From Eledone cirrhosa (lineage: Eukaryota): DNA of 64,000 nucleotides. The position numbers and the translations under genes were made by a program. The notes below the pieces were generated by a model. That model saw only the letters and a program-made list of their open reading frames with translations. It searched no databases and was not told the origin of the DNA. Of the stretch, positions 1 to 12,998 are shown one piece after another. Location of the stretch: assembly GCA_964016885.1 (NCBI GenBank), contig OZ024741.1, positions 305,288,001 through 305,352,000 of the forward strand. The letters are read 5' to 3'. Numbering within the stretch: position 1 is the stretch's first letter; the number at the start of each line of letters is the position of its first letter.

Positions 1-340
1 TTCTAGACCATGCTTCCAGGTTTTAAATTTCTTCTCTAATTTTGCCATAGATTCAGATATAAAGATTAGATCATCTGCATACAGAAGTTCTCATTGGAAG
101 CCAATCTTAAACTCTTCTGTTATACCCTGCAGGATAATAATAAACAGGAAAGGGCTAAGAACTGGGCCTTGATGGACACCAACCTGCACGTTAAATTCTT
201 CACAATAGTCATTGTTAATTCTGTGTTGGTTGTTTCTCTATACATGATTTGTACTACTCTCACAAATCACTCACCTACTCCTAGTTTTCTAAGAGCCCAC
301 CAGATAATGGGTGTGACTCAGTCAAAATCTTTCTCTAATA
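1..340 (-). mobile_element. RTE-type LINE reverse transcriptase fragment (decayed)
   Basis: The minus strand reads QVGVHQGPVLSPFLFIIILQG...ELLYADDLI, homologous to the RT copies at 17.6 kb and 36.9 kb. Confidence 0.75.
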
Positions 341-1325
341 AATAAATATGTATATATATATATCTACATAGAGCACTCTTTTTTCCTGGACCTTTCCGAC
401 GGAATTACTTCATATATATATATATATTAAATGGTGGCAAAGCAAGTTTGAAACAAGTTTGACACGAAATAGCTAAAGTTCACAGGAATGTCAAGCACCC
501 ATCATGACTATCATGATGACGATGATGAAGGCGATGATTATGTCCTCTCTAATTACTGCAAAATGAGTTGTGAAAATATCAAACTATAGTTTGTTTATTT
601 TCTTTTATACTTTTTAGGGTGGGATTAATTCCACCCAATCTTGCAGGTCAGAAAGCAGTGATAAATGAAATTATTACGCTAAAAAAATGAACATTTAGCA
701 ATTTCTGCTTGTTTGTCTCCCTTTTTCTCTTTCTCTCTTGCTCTCTTGCAGGGTTTGAGCATGAGTGATGTTATGAACTGCTTTAGCCATATGCAGCAGT
801 AGTCCAGTGAAATATAACATTATTTATTTATTCATTTTATTCTAATATTATTACAAGTTAATAACTATTTTCAATAACAAAATGGTATTCATTCTTTTTG
901 ATGTGCTAGTTTCTGTCAGTCCATAGCAGTAATTTGAATTTTTGTCCTCATGTTGGCAAAGCAACCATATATTCTGACCTCTTGGCAACAGAAATGCTCA
1001 TTTTTTTTTGTTTTCAAGACCTGGTATTACTTAGCCTGAAGAGACTGGCCAACTGGAGGTTATCTGAGATAACTAGCTTCATCATCTCATTCTGCTCTCA
1101 TCTCACAAAGGAGTCTATACATTCAGTTTATTCCAGCAAGCAGGGTGATGAAGTCTTTAACCAGACACTCCGGCCCTATCGATAAGGGCCAGCTAGCTCT
1201 ATTCCCAATGGCACTTCAATAAAGGTTAGTCCACACATGACAGTGTATATCATCTTTCAAACGCTCTGCACACACTCATACACAACAACATGGCCTTGTT
1301 TTCCTATTTTATCACCAATAACCTT

Positions 1326-1650
1326 CATCATCACCATCATCACCAACATTTAATGTCCATTTATCTATGTTAGTATTGGTTGGACGAGTTGTCCTGTTGT
1401 GGGCAATACCAAGTCAGGTGACCATGTCTTGCTCATACAGAACTGATTTGGGCTTGGTTTCTTCAGCTGGATGTCCTTCCTAATGCCAATCTCTTTTACA
1501 GTGAGTACTGGGTGCTTTTTGTTGTGATGCCTACACAATCACTTTAGTGTGGACTGAGTGCTTTTTGTTGCGACACATACACGACCACTTTACAGTGTGG
1601 ACTGGGTGCTTTTCATCGTGTCGCCATCATGACCACTTTACAGTGTGGGC
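1326..1650 (-). mobile_element. RTE 3' tail / SINE-like element with a ~42-bp internal tandem repeat
   Basis: (CAT)n tail, ...cagctggatgtccttcctaa... and four copies of acgaccactttacagtgtggactgggtgctttt. The same tail occurs at 18.1-18.4, 27.0-27.3, 44.5-44.7, 47.9-48.2, 54.4-54.8, 55.3-55.6 and 56.9-57.1 kb. Confidence 0.7.
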
Positions 1651-1960
1651 TTATTCCTAAATAAAATCTATTTAAGTAGTGATCTTGGTTCTATTGTTCC
1701 TTTAATGGCATTTCACACATGGCGAGACCAATCTTATACATCAGGTTCATCAAGCCAAAAGTTTACTACCACAAACACATTGCTGCACCACAATGAACAT
1801 ATAGATAGGATGAGGGGTTAAATTTTATCTATATCTTTTTATAATTGCATGTTATCAGTCTTCGAAGGATCTTGTTTTTATAAGCAATATAAGTGAAATA
1901 CCTTAATCGAAGAGTTGGTAGCTTCTCATTGGTAGTAAATACTTCTGACTTCCAGGATAT

Positions 1961-2231
1961 AAATAAATATCTCTTTAACGCTCAATCCTCTATAAATATA
2001 ATTTTATTTGTCGAAAGGAATGTAGGAGTCATTTTATAATAATTCTTCACGCGTCCGTATCATCTCCTGGTCAGCTCTGTCTGTCTGGTCTCTCGAGTGC
2101 TGTGTGTGGTTTTTCACCAGAGAGTGAGAGTGAGATTGACCATGTATTTATACACAACTTCCCATTGGTCAGTTTGGCCTTATTGCATATGAAAATGTTG
2201 CTATTGCGAGGTGCAACGTAGTTCCACTACA
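1961..2231 (-). repeat. Gypsy 3' LTR (portion alignable to the 5' LTR)
   Basis: Direct repeat of 6343-6612 with scattered substitutions. Ends ccactaca (TG start on the minus strand). Confidence 0.9.
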
Positions 2232-2368
2232 TCACCCTCTGCTTAGACTGGAAAGCAGTCGATAAAAATGAGGAGAAATTATCTGCAAAGGTAACATAAG
2301 TCATGCAAAGCAAATACAAAAATGAAGAAAAAAAAGAAAAAAAAAGAATAGTTCATATGTAAATTGTT

Positions 2369-2747
2369 TTACAAAGTTTCTTGGGCCAATGGACCTGACG
2401 ACCACTGAGAGTTGTCGTGATGTATATTGAAGGTAAAGGAATTTTTTGTATGTGATTGTGGTGTTTGTGGTGGTGCTTGTATTGACACATTGTAGGAGGG
2501 GGGAGTATGAGGCTCTGGTGTGAGAGCATCTGTGTAGGCCCACTTTAGTCTGTCAATAGAGACTGTGTCTTTATATCCATTAAAGTCAATGGTGAAATGT
2601 TTATCTGTACGTGCAAATACGCGATAGGGTCCAGAATAAGGTGGAGTGAGAGGACTTCTCACTGCGTCATTTCTGACAAAAACATGGGTCCATGAGGCAA
2701 TGTCCCTCGGAACCGAAGATTTAATGGCTTATTGCCTAGTGTTCATA
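2369..2747 (-). pseudogene. Gypsy integrase C-terminal (GPY/F) fragment
   Basis: PLTPPYSGPYRV...DTVSIDRLK, separated from the core pol by a SINE insertion. Confidence 0.85.
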
Positions 2748-3101
2748 GGAGGCACATGGTTTAGTGGTTAGAGCATTGGCCTTGCAATCGAATGGTTGTG
2801 AGTTCAATTCTCAGACCGGGTGATGTGTTGTTTCCTTGAGCAAGACACTTTATTTCACATTGTTCCAGTTTACTCAGCTGTAGAAATGAAATGATAGGGA
2901 CTGGCTTCCCTATCATTCAACTGCAAAGTGGTCGTGGAGGTGCCACGGCAAAAAGCACCCACTACTCACTGTAAATGAGGTTGGTGTTAGGAAGGGCATC
3001 CAGCTGTAGAAATAAAGCCAGAATCAGTTCCCATCCCACCCTTGCAAGCAGGGAAAAGCGGACGTAAAATGATGATCTTGATGATGATGATGATGATGAT
3101 G
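2748..3101 (+). mobile_element. tRNA-derived SINE with RTE-type 3' tail (family 1), nested in the Gypsy integrase
   Basis: A-box tggtttagtgg, B-box gagttcaattc, central cttgagcaagacactt domain, and a tail shared with RTE LINEs ending in (GAT)n. Confidence 0.88.
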
Positions 3102-3201
3102 AACGCAAACAGGACACGGAGTGTAGGGTCCTGAGTAGAAAGGTCAACTGGGGCAAGCATCTGCCCTGGCAGAGATAAAGTAGTGCCGTACAAAAGCTCG
3201 G

Positions 3202-5830
3202 CTAGGGAGAGAATCCAGGGTCCTCTTTCATTGAAGTGCAGATACCGGGTAGTACTATGGGGAGGTAGTCACTCCAATGTAGAGTATCTGGATAGGCACA
3301 CAATGCGGCCTTTAACTGGCAATGAAAATGCTCTACCATTCCATTAGATGCAGGATAGTAACTGGTAGTCCTGATGCGTTGAGCGCCAATGATATTCGAT
3401 AGATCCTTGAAAAGTTGGGATTCAAACTGCCTACCACGATTTGTAGTAATAGTGGTAGGAACCCCATAGCGTGATATCCATCCTGAAACCAGGGCTTGCG
3501 CTACAGATTCAGCAGTAATGTTACTAAGAGGAATGGCTTCAGGCCATCGGGTGAAACAGTCAATACAGGTCAGGATGTATGAACATCCACGACTGGCAGG
3601 CCAAGGTCCCACGATATCAATGTGTATATGGCAAAAACGTGCGTCAGGTGTGCTAAATGTGCCGAGAGGTGCGCGAATATGTTTATGCACCTTCGACTTT
3701 TGACAAGATAAACAGGAACGTGACCAAGCAGTGATATCGCGTCTCATATTCGGCCAGAAGAATCTAGCTGAAATGAGTTTCACCGTGGCGGAAATTCTGG
3801 GGTGTGCCAAACTATGTAGAGAGTCGAAAACTAATCGACGATGAGTCTCTGGTACCAGAGGGCAAGGTGAATCTGTCGCAGTATCACACAGAATCTGAGA
3901 GTCCGAAGTGGATACAGGCAGGTATTTAAATTTGCAGGTTGCAAATTCAGGTGAAGACAGATCCAATGACTCTAGGATTGGCTGTTCTGCAGCCATAAGA
4001 TGCAAGTCAACAGTTGCAGGTGCTGACAAAGCATTGATGGGTAGGCGAGAAAAAGCATCCGCCACTGTGTTTTGTTCGTCCGGTATATGACTAATGTCAT
4101 TCGTAAACTGGGATATGAAGTCCAAGTGACGAGTTTCTTGAGGTGAGTATTTGTCTGGATTGGAACTGAGTGCGAACGTAAGTGAACGATGGTCAGTATA
4201 GATCGTAAACTGTCGGCCTTCCAGTGAATGCCGTAAGTGTTTCACAGCAAGGAAAATGGCTAACAGTTTGCGGCCGAAGGTGCTATAGCGGGATTCGGTG
4301 GGCTTCAGCTGCTTAGAAAAGAAAGCAAGAGGTTGAAGCTGTTGTTGGTGATGCTGTTGCAATACTGCACCTACCGCTGTGCATGATGTATCAACAACCA
4401 GCGAAAACTGTGCACCAGACACAGGGTGAGCAAGTAGAGATGCGTTTGCTAAATTCTGTTTAGCTTTGGAGAATGCTTCAAGTGGCATGGGTCCCAAAGC
4501 GATTGGCTCGTTCTTCTTCTTTCTGTTACACAGGAGATCAGATAATGGAGCTAAGAGTTCTGCGCAATGCGGGATAAACTGACGATAATAATTTAGGAGG
4601 CCCAGGAACTGCCGCAGCTGTTCCTGAAGAGCCTTCACTTCCTCAGGAAGTGGGAATATTCCTTCAAAGTTTATCACGTGGCCTAAAAAGACGAGTGAAG
4701 CAGCGCCAAAAATACACTTCGCAGGGTTAATGCGAACTTGGTACTGCCTAAATCGTTCAAACTGTTGGCGGAATTGCGAGATATGGTCCTCCGGTGAAGC
4801 ACTCGCGATGAGAATATCGTCGATGTAGCAATATACAAAATCCATGTCGTGGACGACTTTGTTCATAAATCGCTGGAAGGTACTAGCAGCATTGCTTAGT
4901 CCAAAAGGCATTGTTAAAAACTTGAATGCACCGAAAGGTGTAGTAACAGCAGTTTTAGGAATGTCCGCAGGATTCACAGGAATTTGATGGTATGCTCTGA
5001 TCAGGTCCAATTTTGAAAAGATAGTACATCCATGAAGCGAAGAAGTGAAATCCTGGATGTGAGGAATTGGGTAACGGTCCGGCACGGTGATCGAATTTAG
5101 TCGCCGAAAATCTCCAGTGGGACACCAGTCTTCCAAACTTTTTGGCACAATGTGCAAAGGCGAGGCCCACGGACTGGAAGAATGGCGAATTATACCCAAC
5201 TGCAGCATATGGTTAAACTCTGCCTTAGCCGCTTTCAATTTTTCCGGAGTAAGGCGACGCGGGCGTGAAAAAACTGGAGCACCCTTAGTCTCAATAAAAT
5301 GTTTGGTAAAGTGAGTAGGGGTATCTACCACAAAGTTCAGGTTCGTTAATTCCGGAAAGGAATGCAAAACCGCATGATAAGGGTCATCCGAAGCAGCAAT
5401 GCAGAAGCTTGGACTGATAGGCTGGATTACAGAAGTATGTCCAAGCACAGAAAGATTCGTAGTTGCGTCCAATAAACGACGTGTCCGCATATCAACCATA
5501 AGATTGAAATGATGCAAAAAATCAGCACCCAGAATAGGATATGGAAAATCAGCTATGGTGAAAATCCATAAATCTACGTAAATCCAGGCTCAAAGAGCGA
5601 GAGATTTGTCCATACGTAGGGATAGCTGAATGGTTTATAGCTTGTAGTGATATCTGTGAGAGAGGAGGTTTCTCTTTCAAGAGTTTTAACAGCCAAATGT
5701 TGCAAGATGCACCCATGTCGATGAGGCAGCGTGCGTGCGAGAAGGAATCTGTAATGAAAAATGCATGACTTTCAGTACAGGATTGCGGAGAAGACGTTGT
5801 GCTTAATTCTCCGTTTCTTTGTTTCCCTGG
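3202..5830 (-). pseudogene. Gypsy pol: protease (frameshifted), RT, RNase H, integrase
   Basis: LIDMGAS protease motif, RT with YIDD, RNase H VDTS...YTDH, integrase H-x3-H...C-x2-C and HIDIVGP...NGMVE. The second integrase Asp reads N (TTNRGRQF), and there are frameshifts and a stop at 3202. Confidence 0.92.
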
Positions 5831-6125
5831 GGTGAAAAGGAACAAGGCTGGATACATTTATGAGCAGAGGCTCCGAAACGGTTATGGTAATAGCAAGCTC
5901 GCGATGGTGAAGGTAGGAAACGACAACGTGAAGAATTCGAGCGATTCCGCGACCATTGTCAGGGAGACCTCGATCTGGATAAACGAAGAAGTTGTATCTC
6001 CTTTTGTAAGGTCACGGATAGTCTTTAGTGTTGCTTCGTTGGTCGAAGTGGTGCTGGCTGAAACTGATGCGACAGGAAAAGGTGAAGCATTTGTTGCAAG
6101 TCGTGATGGAGTAGTAGTGCTCGAA

Positions 6126-6612
6126 GTGGAACTACGTTGCACCTCGCAATAGCAACATTTTCATATGCAATAAGGTCAAACTGACCAATGGGAAGTTGCG
6201 TAGGAATACATGGTCAATCTCACTCTCGCTCTCTGGTGAAACACCACACACGGCACTCGAGAGACCAGACAACAGAGCTGACCAGGAGATGATACGGACG
6301 TGTGAAGAATTATTATAAAATGACTCCTACATTCCTTTCGACAAATAAATATCTCTTTAACGCTCAATCTTCTATAAATATAATTTTATTTGTCAAAAGG
6401 AATGTAGGAGTCATTTTATAATATTTCTTCACGCGTCCGTATCATCACCTGGGCAGCTCTGTTTGTCTGGTCTCTCGAGTGCTGCGTGTGGTTTTTCACC
6501 AGAGAGCGAGAGTGAGATTGACCATGTATTCCTACGCAACTTCCCATTGGTCAGTTTGACCTTACTGCATATGAAAATGTTGCTATTGTGAGGTGCGACG
6601 AAGTTCCACTAC
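6126..6612. repeat. Inverted pair of Gypsy LTR copies (fold-back)
   Basis: 6126-6349 is the reverse complement of about 6384-6610, with a ~34-nt spacer. Confidence 0.9.
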
Positions 6613-8311
6613 GAACATAAACCACGAACTACGGACCAATACTACCAACACCATAGAATCATCTCTCACTACATCTATAAAAATAACCACTTGCTACAAG
6701 CCTGTCTATCTCTCTAATTTTACAGTTGACTGACTCGGCATTGCTGCCCCAGTGATGCGGCCCGGGGCGAAATGGGAAGCGTTCTTTGGTGTGTGGGAGT
6801 TCATGTGGATGCCGCTTTGTGATCCCAACAGACAGAATAGAGAAACGTTGCCCAGGAGGATGCGAGGGAGACACATCAGAATAGTCATTCTAAAACATAA
6901 GGCTCACTACTGTCCGGATAGTAGTGAACAGGGATGTGGCCCAGAGGCCAAAGACGTCGGAAGTCTCCACTGCTACAGGTTCAGCCACAAAGCTAGCAGA
7001 GAGCAATTGGTTCGAAAGTTAGCCCTCTTCGGCCTAATGAGCAGCGAAACCTGGGTTAGTCGCCGAATGCACCGGGTTGTCGCGCGCGCGAGAGAGAAAT
7101 TTAATTAAAATGAGGGGTGGGGAGAAACATGGAAACCCTACATTCTTTACTAGAGTCTAGCCGCTTGCCAGTATACCCCAGCTGCACTCTGCAGATATGA
7201 AGACGAAGGTGTAGCGGTTGTCTCCCTTGTTTTGATTGGGATCTAGACGGGAAGTGGAACCCTTTCTGCAACTTCCGGTCAGAGCCCTATAAAACTAACA
7301 ACTTTAAGCTTCCTCTCGCTCTTTGCCTTTTCGGCACCAGGTCAAGAGTCTTCTCATTTGGCTCTGCCATTAATTTGGCCAACAGGCGCCTGGCCTTAGC
7401 CAGGCGCCCTCTGCCAGCCGCGTTTGCCTGGCAATCAAAACGGTAACTACTAACTTTGTTTCATTCTAACATCTATCTTTGACATGTCAAGTATTCTATC
7501 TACCGTTAATTAAATATTATATACGCAAACATTGTCTCGTTTTGTTACATTCATACAGCCAGTATTCTCGCTATAAAGGCATCACCGCAGAGAACAACCA
7601 GCGATATCCGCTGTATCGGCTATTCCACCTCATGGGATACCTTCCTCATGCGAGATGTCCTCATCGAAACGGAGTGAGAGTGAAAGGAATATAAATAATT
7701 TCATGTTAAGGTGACACATACATAGTCGAATCAGCTGAAAACTTCGATTAAATAGTGGGACTATTAAAAAAAATAAAAAGCAAGGTAGATAACTGTTATT
7801 CATGTTCACCACGCCTTTTTCTTAGTCAGCTCTTCCTGTCACACATTCTTTAAGTATTTTACAATCCTAAGGCATGTTTATAATGCTTTTCTCAATATCA
7901 CGCCATACTACAATTCTTTTGTGTCCTCCTCTCACCATTACTGTTGACAATTGTTACCCACTCTTACTTCTCACGTTTACTACCTCTTCCTCCACCCCTT
8001 TACTGTCTGCTGTTCCCTCCTACTTCTGTGTCTCAAGTCTACACCCCCTCTTATGTCTATCTGTCTCTCTCTCTCTCTGTATATGTCAATATTTCCTCTT
8101 TCCCTTCACCATTAATAAAACTATATATAACAGGACCAGCGCAAGTCTTACTAGTTTCTGTACTTTAATCGTTTATTTTCCATCTTAATTTTTTTTATTT
8201 AGACCAATCCAATTTTACGGGTTACCAAACAGAATCAACTACATTTTCAACTAGGAACACACGCATTTCATCTTTGGTACTAAATTGATAAACTATCTCT
8301 AAATTATAGCG

Positions 8312-8396
8312 ATGGCACCACTTCAGGCGTTGTGTACTTTGTTAGTTATTATGTCGACACAAGTCTTCACCGAAGCTGTTACGTACGAGGACTGCG
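8312..8396 (+). CDS. NPC2: NPC2-like (ML-domain) cholesterol/lipid-binding protein, coding exon 1 (signal peptide)
   Basis: ATG at 8312 gives MAPLQALCTLLVIMSTQVFTEAVTYEDC+G: a hydrophobic signal peptide followed by the typical x-D-C-G start of mature NPC2. 85 nt, phase-1 donor G|gtaata at 8397. Confidence 0.9.
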
Positions 8397-9168
8397 GTAA
8401 TATAATATTTACATATTTATGAAAATTTCATTTGATTTTTGTAACGTCTGTTTTGATTTTCGACTGTAAACAATTTAGAATTGCATGATCGCTATACAAT
8501 CTTCTTTCTTTTTAATCTAAAACTTAGTACTGAATAGACTATCGGCACGTTATTACCCCTTTTTCTTCGTCTACCCGTGAAGGTCGTGGGGGAAGAGTTG
8601 TAGTGAACTTCCAGCGGGTCCTGTTAGAAGCAACCGCCTCCAATTACGTTATCCCTAGACAATGTAGTGACCTATAGGGTTTAGTATTGTAGTTTAAGGA
8701 TACGGTTTAAAGTTGTTTCAATTTGAAAATTGTCCAGAGTTGATCGGCAAAGGCCAGTTGGTCTTACCCTTTGCTCCTTGTTAGAGGTAGATGCTCATTT
8801 TGAACCCCACAGGCAGCGACTCTTTCTGTTTCCCACATCTTCGATGCTGTGCCTAACCGAACGGATTTTTATTTATTTATATATTTTAGAATTTTTGTCC
8901 AATTCTGGACAATGTAGCAGCCTATAGTGTTAAGTATTGGGGTTTAGGGATTTTTTTTTCAGCCTGAGGCATTCGGGTCGTTTGGAGGAGTTGGGCCACG
9001 AAGCTCTTGTTATTAATCGTTCACCTTACCGATCAGGTGATGACCGCAAGTGTGTTTGGTCATTCCAGCATCGCTTCCATCCGCGGCAATGCTGTGAGTG
9101 CATTGACTTGCCTCAGACATTAATTATTAGAGGAAAATTCAAGCGCCCCTTTGTTGTGGCGGGTGATT

Positions 9169-9210
<42 letters not shown>

Positions 9211-10779
9211 CTTCTCCCTCCTTTTGAAAGTAACATTTAAAAAAAATATATAAATTGTGTTTATTTGTATGTATTATATTTTAAATATTACTGAAGTTCT
9301 CAAGCCAAACCACAACTATTTGACCTATAGTAGTTTTACAAGTTAGAAATAGCGGCTAAATCTCATATTTAATATGTTAATTCTTAGCACAACTCCAAAC
9401 TGTTCTTATCACTCAAAGTTCTATATACAACTCCAAACTGTTCTTATCGCTCAAAGCTGCACAAACATTGAATATTTTACGAAAAATACGTAAGGATTCT
9501 GATGAAATTTATAAGCAGGAGTCCAAAACAAGTTTAACTCGCCCTTGTCCTTTATAAATATATTTTGTTTATATTAGTTGTTTCACTTTCTGATAACTTG
9601 TTTTAGTTTATTAATGATGAAAGTGGTGAGCTGTATGTATTAACGGGCCTCTAGTCCTTGCTAGGATGGAAGTGTCTAGGATGCAGACTTGCCAGCTTTA
9701 TGAATAATACGGTCCCATGAAAGTAATTATAAATGCAAACAAAATATATTTATACACTTCGAATGCAAACTAAATTAAATATATTTTATTCATTTAACTG
9801 ATTTGTCACTAAACTGTGCATCTTTATTTTAGTCGATCATATCGACCCAGTACTTATTTTGTTCAAATCTGGTACTTATTTTACCGATTTCTTTTGATGA
9901 ACACACGTGCGCGCGACGGACTCCTGTAGTTTACGTCAAACAAATTTCATTCATAAAGCATTTGGTCCCCCAAGGCTCTTTTGGATCTGATCTAACACTT
10001 CTGTTTTAAGACAGTACTGTGTAATTTTAGCGATATTTGGCTGTTATGTTTTACAAATGTAGTCATGAAAGTCAAATGGAAATACGAGTTGGATAAATTG
10101 CTCCCAAATAATTAAATTACTAAATTTAAAGCGATGAAGACTTTGGGAGGGACTTGCTGACAATAAGTATGACAATATCTATTTCAACACACGTTTTCAG
10201 TTAAGAAATCTTGCAAAACAAATTCAAAAACGAAGTCCATTTTTTCACGTTAGCATGGGTTAAACTGATTGTCCCGTTGTGAGACAAGTCAGATCAGATG
10301 ATCGTGTCTTGTTCATACAGAACTGTTTCTATAGCTGGATGCCCTTCCTAACACCAGCCACATCTACAGTTGGACGAGTCCTTCTCAGCACGGCGTCTCT
10401 CCACTCGTGTTCCTTTATAACGAAGATTACGTGTCGCTGGAGATATTATTAAATTTATCGATTCAGAAGGCAATGACAAAAACGACATAATCCGTTATAA
10501 CAAAAATTCCCTTTTATTTGTTGTACAAATATGGAATCGGAAATAATAAGAGAAGGTTGAGCAAGTCTTCACATAGTGTTGGCTGCATGGAGGTCTTGAT
10601 GCTGGTCGTTCAGTGAACTCTCTCTGTGTCTCTCTGCCTGTCAGCCAACTGTGTCTCTGGTCCAAGTTGTCCCGCAACTTGTCTCAATCCGCTGAGGGCC
10701 CTGATTGGCTACTTCAGCCAATTCACCTCTGTGACACCATTCTTCCGCCAAAGGAAAATATATAATAATTCTGTTCACT

Positions 10780-11545
10780 ACACCTTCATCGTCTCAGCGA
10801 TTTAAGGTCAGCTTTCACAACTTCTGCCCAGGTCTTTTTTGGTCTACCTCTTCTGTAGCTTCCTTCCACTGGGATTTCCTGGCATTTCTTCACCCAGCGA
10901 TCATCGTCCATGTGCATCATATGTCCATACCAACGCAATCTTCTCTCCTGCACACCACCTCGGATTCCTCTTAAACCCAGCTTCTCCCTCTCTCACACTA
11001 ACGCTGCACATCCAACAAAGCATGGTTGCTTCATTTCTCTCCAGCCTACGTATATCCTCAGCAGTTATAGTCCATGTTTCACTACCATGCAGCATTGCAC
11101 TTCACACATAGGCGTCATACAGGCGTCCTTTTGTACGTAGGGAGAAACCTTTCTGGTCAATAGTAACAGTAGCTCTCTAAATCTTTTCCATCTTATCCTT
11201 ATTCTAGCTATTATACTCTCGGAGCACCTTCCTCTGTTGTTAGCTTCTGCTATCTTGATGGCTTAATTATCAACCACTTCTATGGAACCTTGAATGGAAA
11301 AGGTTTATATCACTGATGCTCTTCCTCTCGATTACCCCTGTGCATCTTCTACATACTGCCTTCCCTTCCTGTTAGTCTACCCATCATCGCTCTACATCTC
11401 GTGTACATCGTATAGGGTTTATGCCTACTCCTTTTCTACATATTGAGCAGGGCCGCTCCCTTGAAGGAATCAGAGTTCTTTCTTTCCTACTCACTAGCGC
11501 TTTAGTTTTGGTTAAATCAAACCTTTTGATTCCATAATTGGAATA
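10780..11545 (-). mobile_element. RTE LINE 3' coding fragment in NPC2 intron 1
   Basis: MLHGSETWTITAEDIRRLERNEATML, homologous to 47451-47900. Confidence 0.8.
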
Positions 11546-12404
11546 TATATATTATATATATAATGATTGGATAACTGAATAATTCAGTTATCCACTCACC
11601 ATTGAGACAGCAAGAGCTCAGCCATCAGGCTGTAACTAATTGCAATACCTACACTTTACTTTCTTAAGTATCTAGTACTAAGCTGATCAATGGTCTTACT
11701 AGTCTAAACTAGCATCATCATTTAATGTTCACTTTGCCTGCTAGCAAGAGTTAGACAGGTCTACATAGACCAAGTCAGTACTGAAGCAGGGCTACTGACC
11801 TCATAAACAGACCAAGTGGTCTGTATCCTGCCTATGTAGGGTCATATCAGCGATGGCCGTAGCAATTTATTTGTGCCTTTAGCTGGGCTTTTTAGTTTTA
11901 GGATGGTTAGAATTTTCAAATTTAATACCTGTATGTATAACTTTTCAATTCTAATTACTTGCACCAAGCTAACTTTGATATGTAAAATTGGGGGTTTGCT
12001 GTGTATTCCATTTTTTTGTGTATGAGAGGCCTCCCAAACCTGAAGTTCTGTTAAGTTTAAATCCAACTCTGGGCACCAACACTACCACTTTACTGTGTGC
12101 TTTTTATCATAGCATCAACACTTCTGGTTGGGTTGAAAATTATAAGGTCACACACATGAACAGTCTCAGCAAATAACTCCAGGGAAAGACTAAATGTTAT
12201 AACAGCTACAGTAAACAAGGAACTGAAGAAAAATGTTTAAGTGTTTGGAAATGCATTGAAATATTAGGTGAAATTACTGAAGAAATCATCCAAAGTTTAC
12301 TATTCTCATTCAAGGAAACAATATTTCTACAGAGAAAAAAGAGAATCTTGTTGATAGCAAACCCTGGTTAATAAATCAGTAATGATGATGCAACTGAAAG
12401 AAAC

Positions 12405-12998
12405 TGCCAAATCCCGCCGAGGTTAACTTTGCCTTTCATCCTTACGGGGTCGATAAAATAAAGTACCAGTAATGCACTGGGATAATTGCTGGCCTGGTGC
12501 CAAAAGTAGAAACAGTTATATATCTACGTGGATTGGCAGTATCGGTAGAGAGTCGGACGCCATGCTTTCCAGCATAGTTACGTCCCTTTACGGTCTGAGT
12601 TCAAATCCCGCCGAGGTTCACTTTGCCTTTCATCCTTACGGGGTCGATAAAATAAAGTACCAGTAATGTACTGGGTAATTGCTGGCCTTGTGCCAAAAGT
12701 AGAAACAATTAGGTTTTCTGGTGTTAAATAAAAATCTCATTATTTACATGACAGATAATATTAGAATATCTTATTAAGTGGAAGTAGGATGGTGTATTGG
12801 CAGATTTGGCAGAGCATTAGACAACATGCTTTGCAGCATATAGTTACTTCCCTTTGCATTCTGATTTCAAATCCCGCCAAGATTAGCTTTGCCTTTCATC
12901 TTATGAGGTCTAGAAAATAAAGTACCAGTAATGCACTGGGGTCGATTTAATTGACTTTCCCCTTCCCTTCAAATTGCTGGCCAAAAGTAGAAACAACA
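12405..12998 (+). mobile_element. Cluster of three tRNA-derived SINE family 2 copies
   Basis: Repeated gagttcaaatcccgccgaggtt.actttgcctttcatccttacggggtcgataaaataaagtaccagtaatgcactggg at about 12405, 12527 and 12795. Other copies at ~15450(+), 22800(-), 28945(-), 39520(-), 50960(+), 51158(+) and 60700(+). Confidence 0.85.

Larger units (their letters stand above)
1850..6612 (-). mobile_element. Ty3/Gypsy LTR retrotransposon, decayed and rearranged
   Basis: Domain order PR-RT-RH-IN on the minus strand. LTR-like repeats at 1961-2231 and 6343-6612. The 3' LTR begins TGTAGTGG next to a purine tract. The left boundary (~1850, ...GATAACA) is tentative. Confidence 0.93.

Noticed and set aside
6752-7108. 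118-aa ORF upstream of NPC2
   Set aside because: GTG start, no recognisable domain or splice context.
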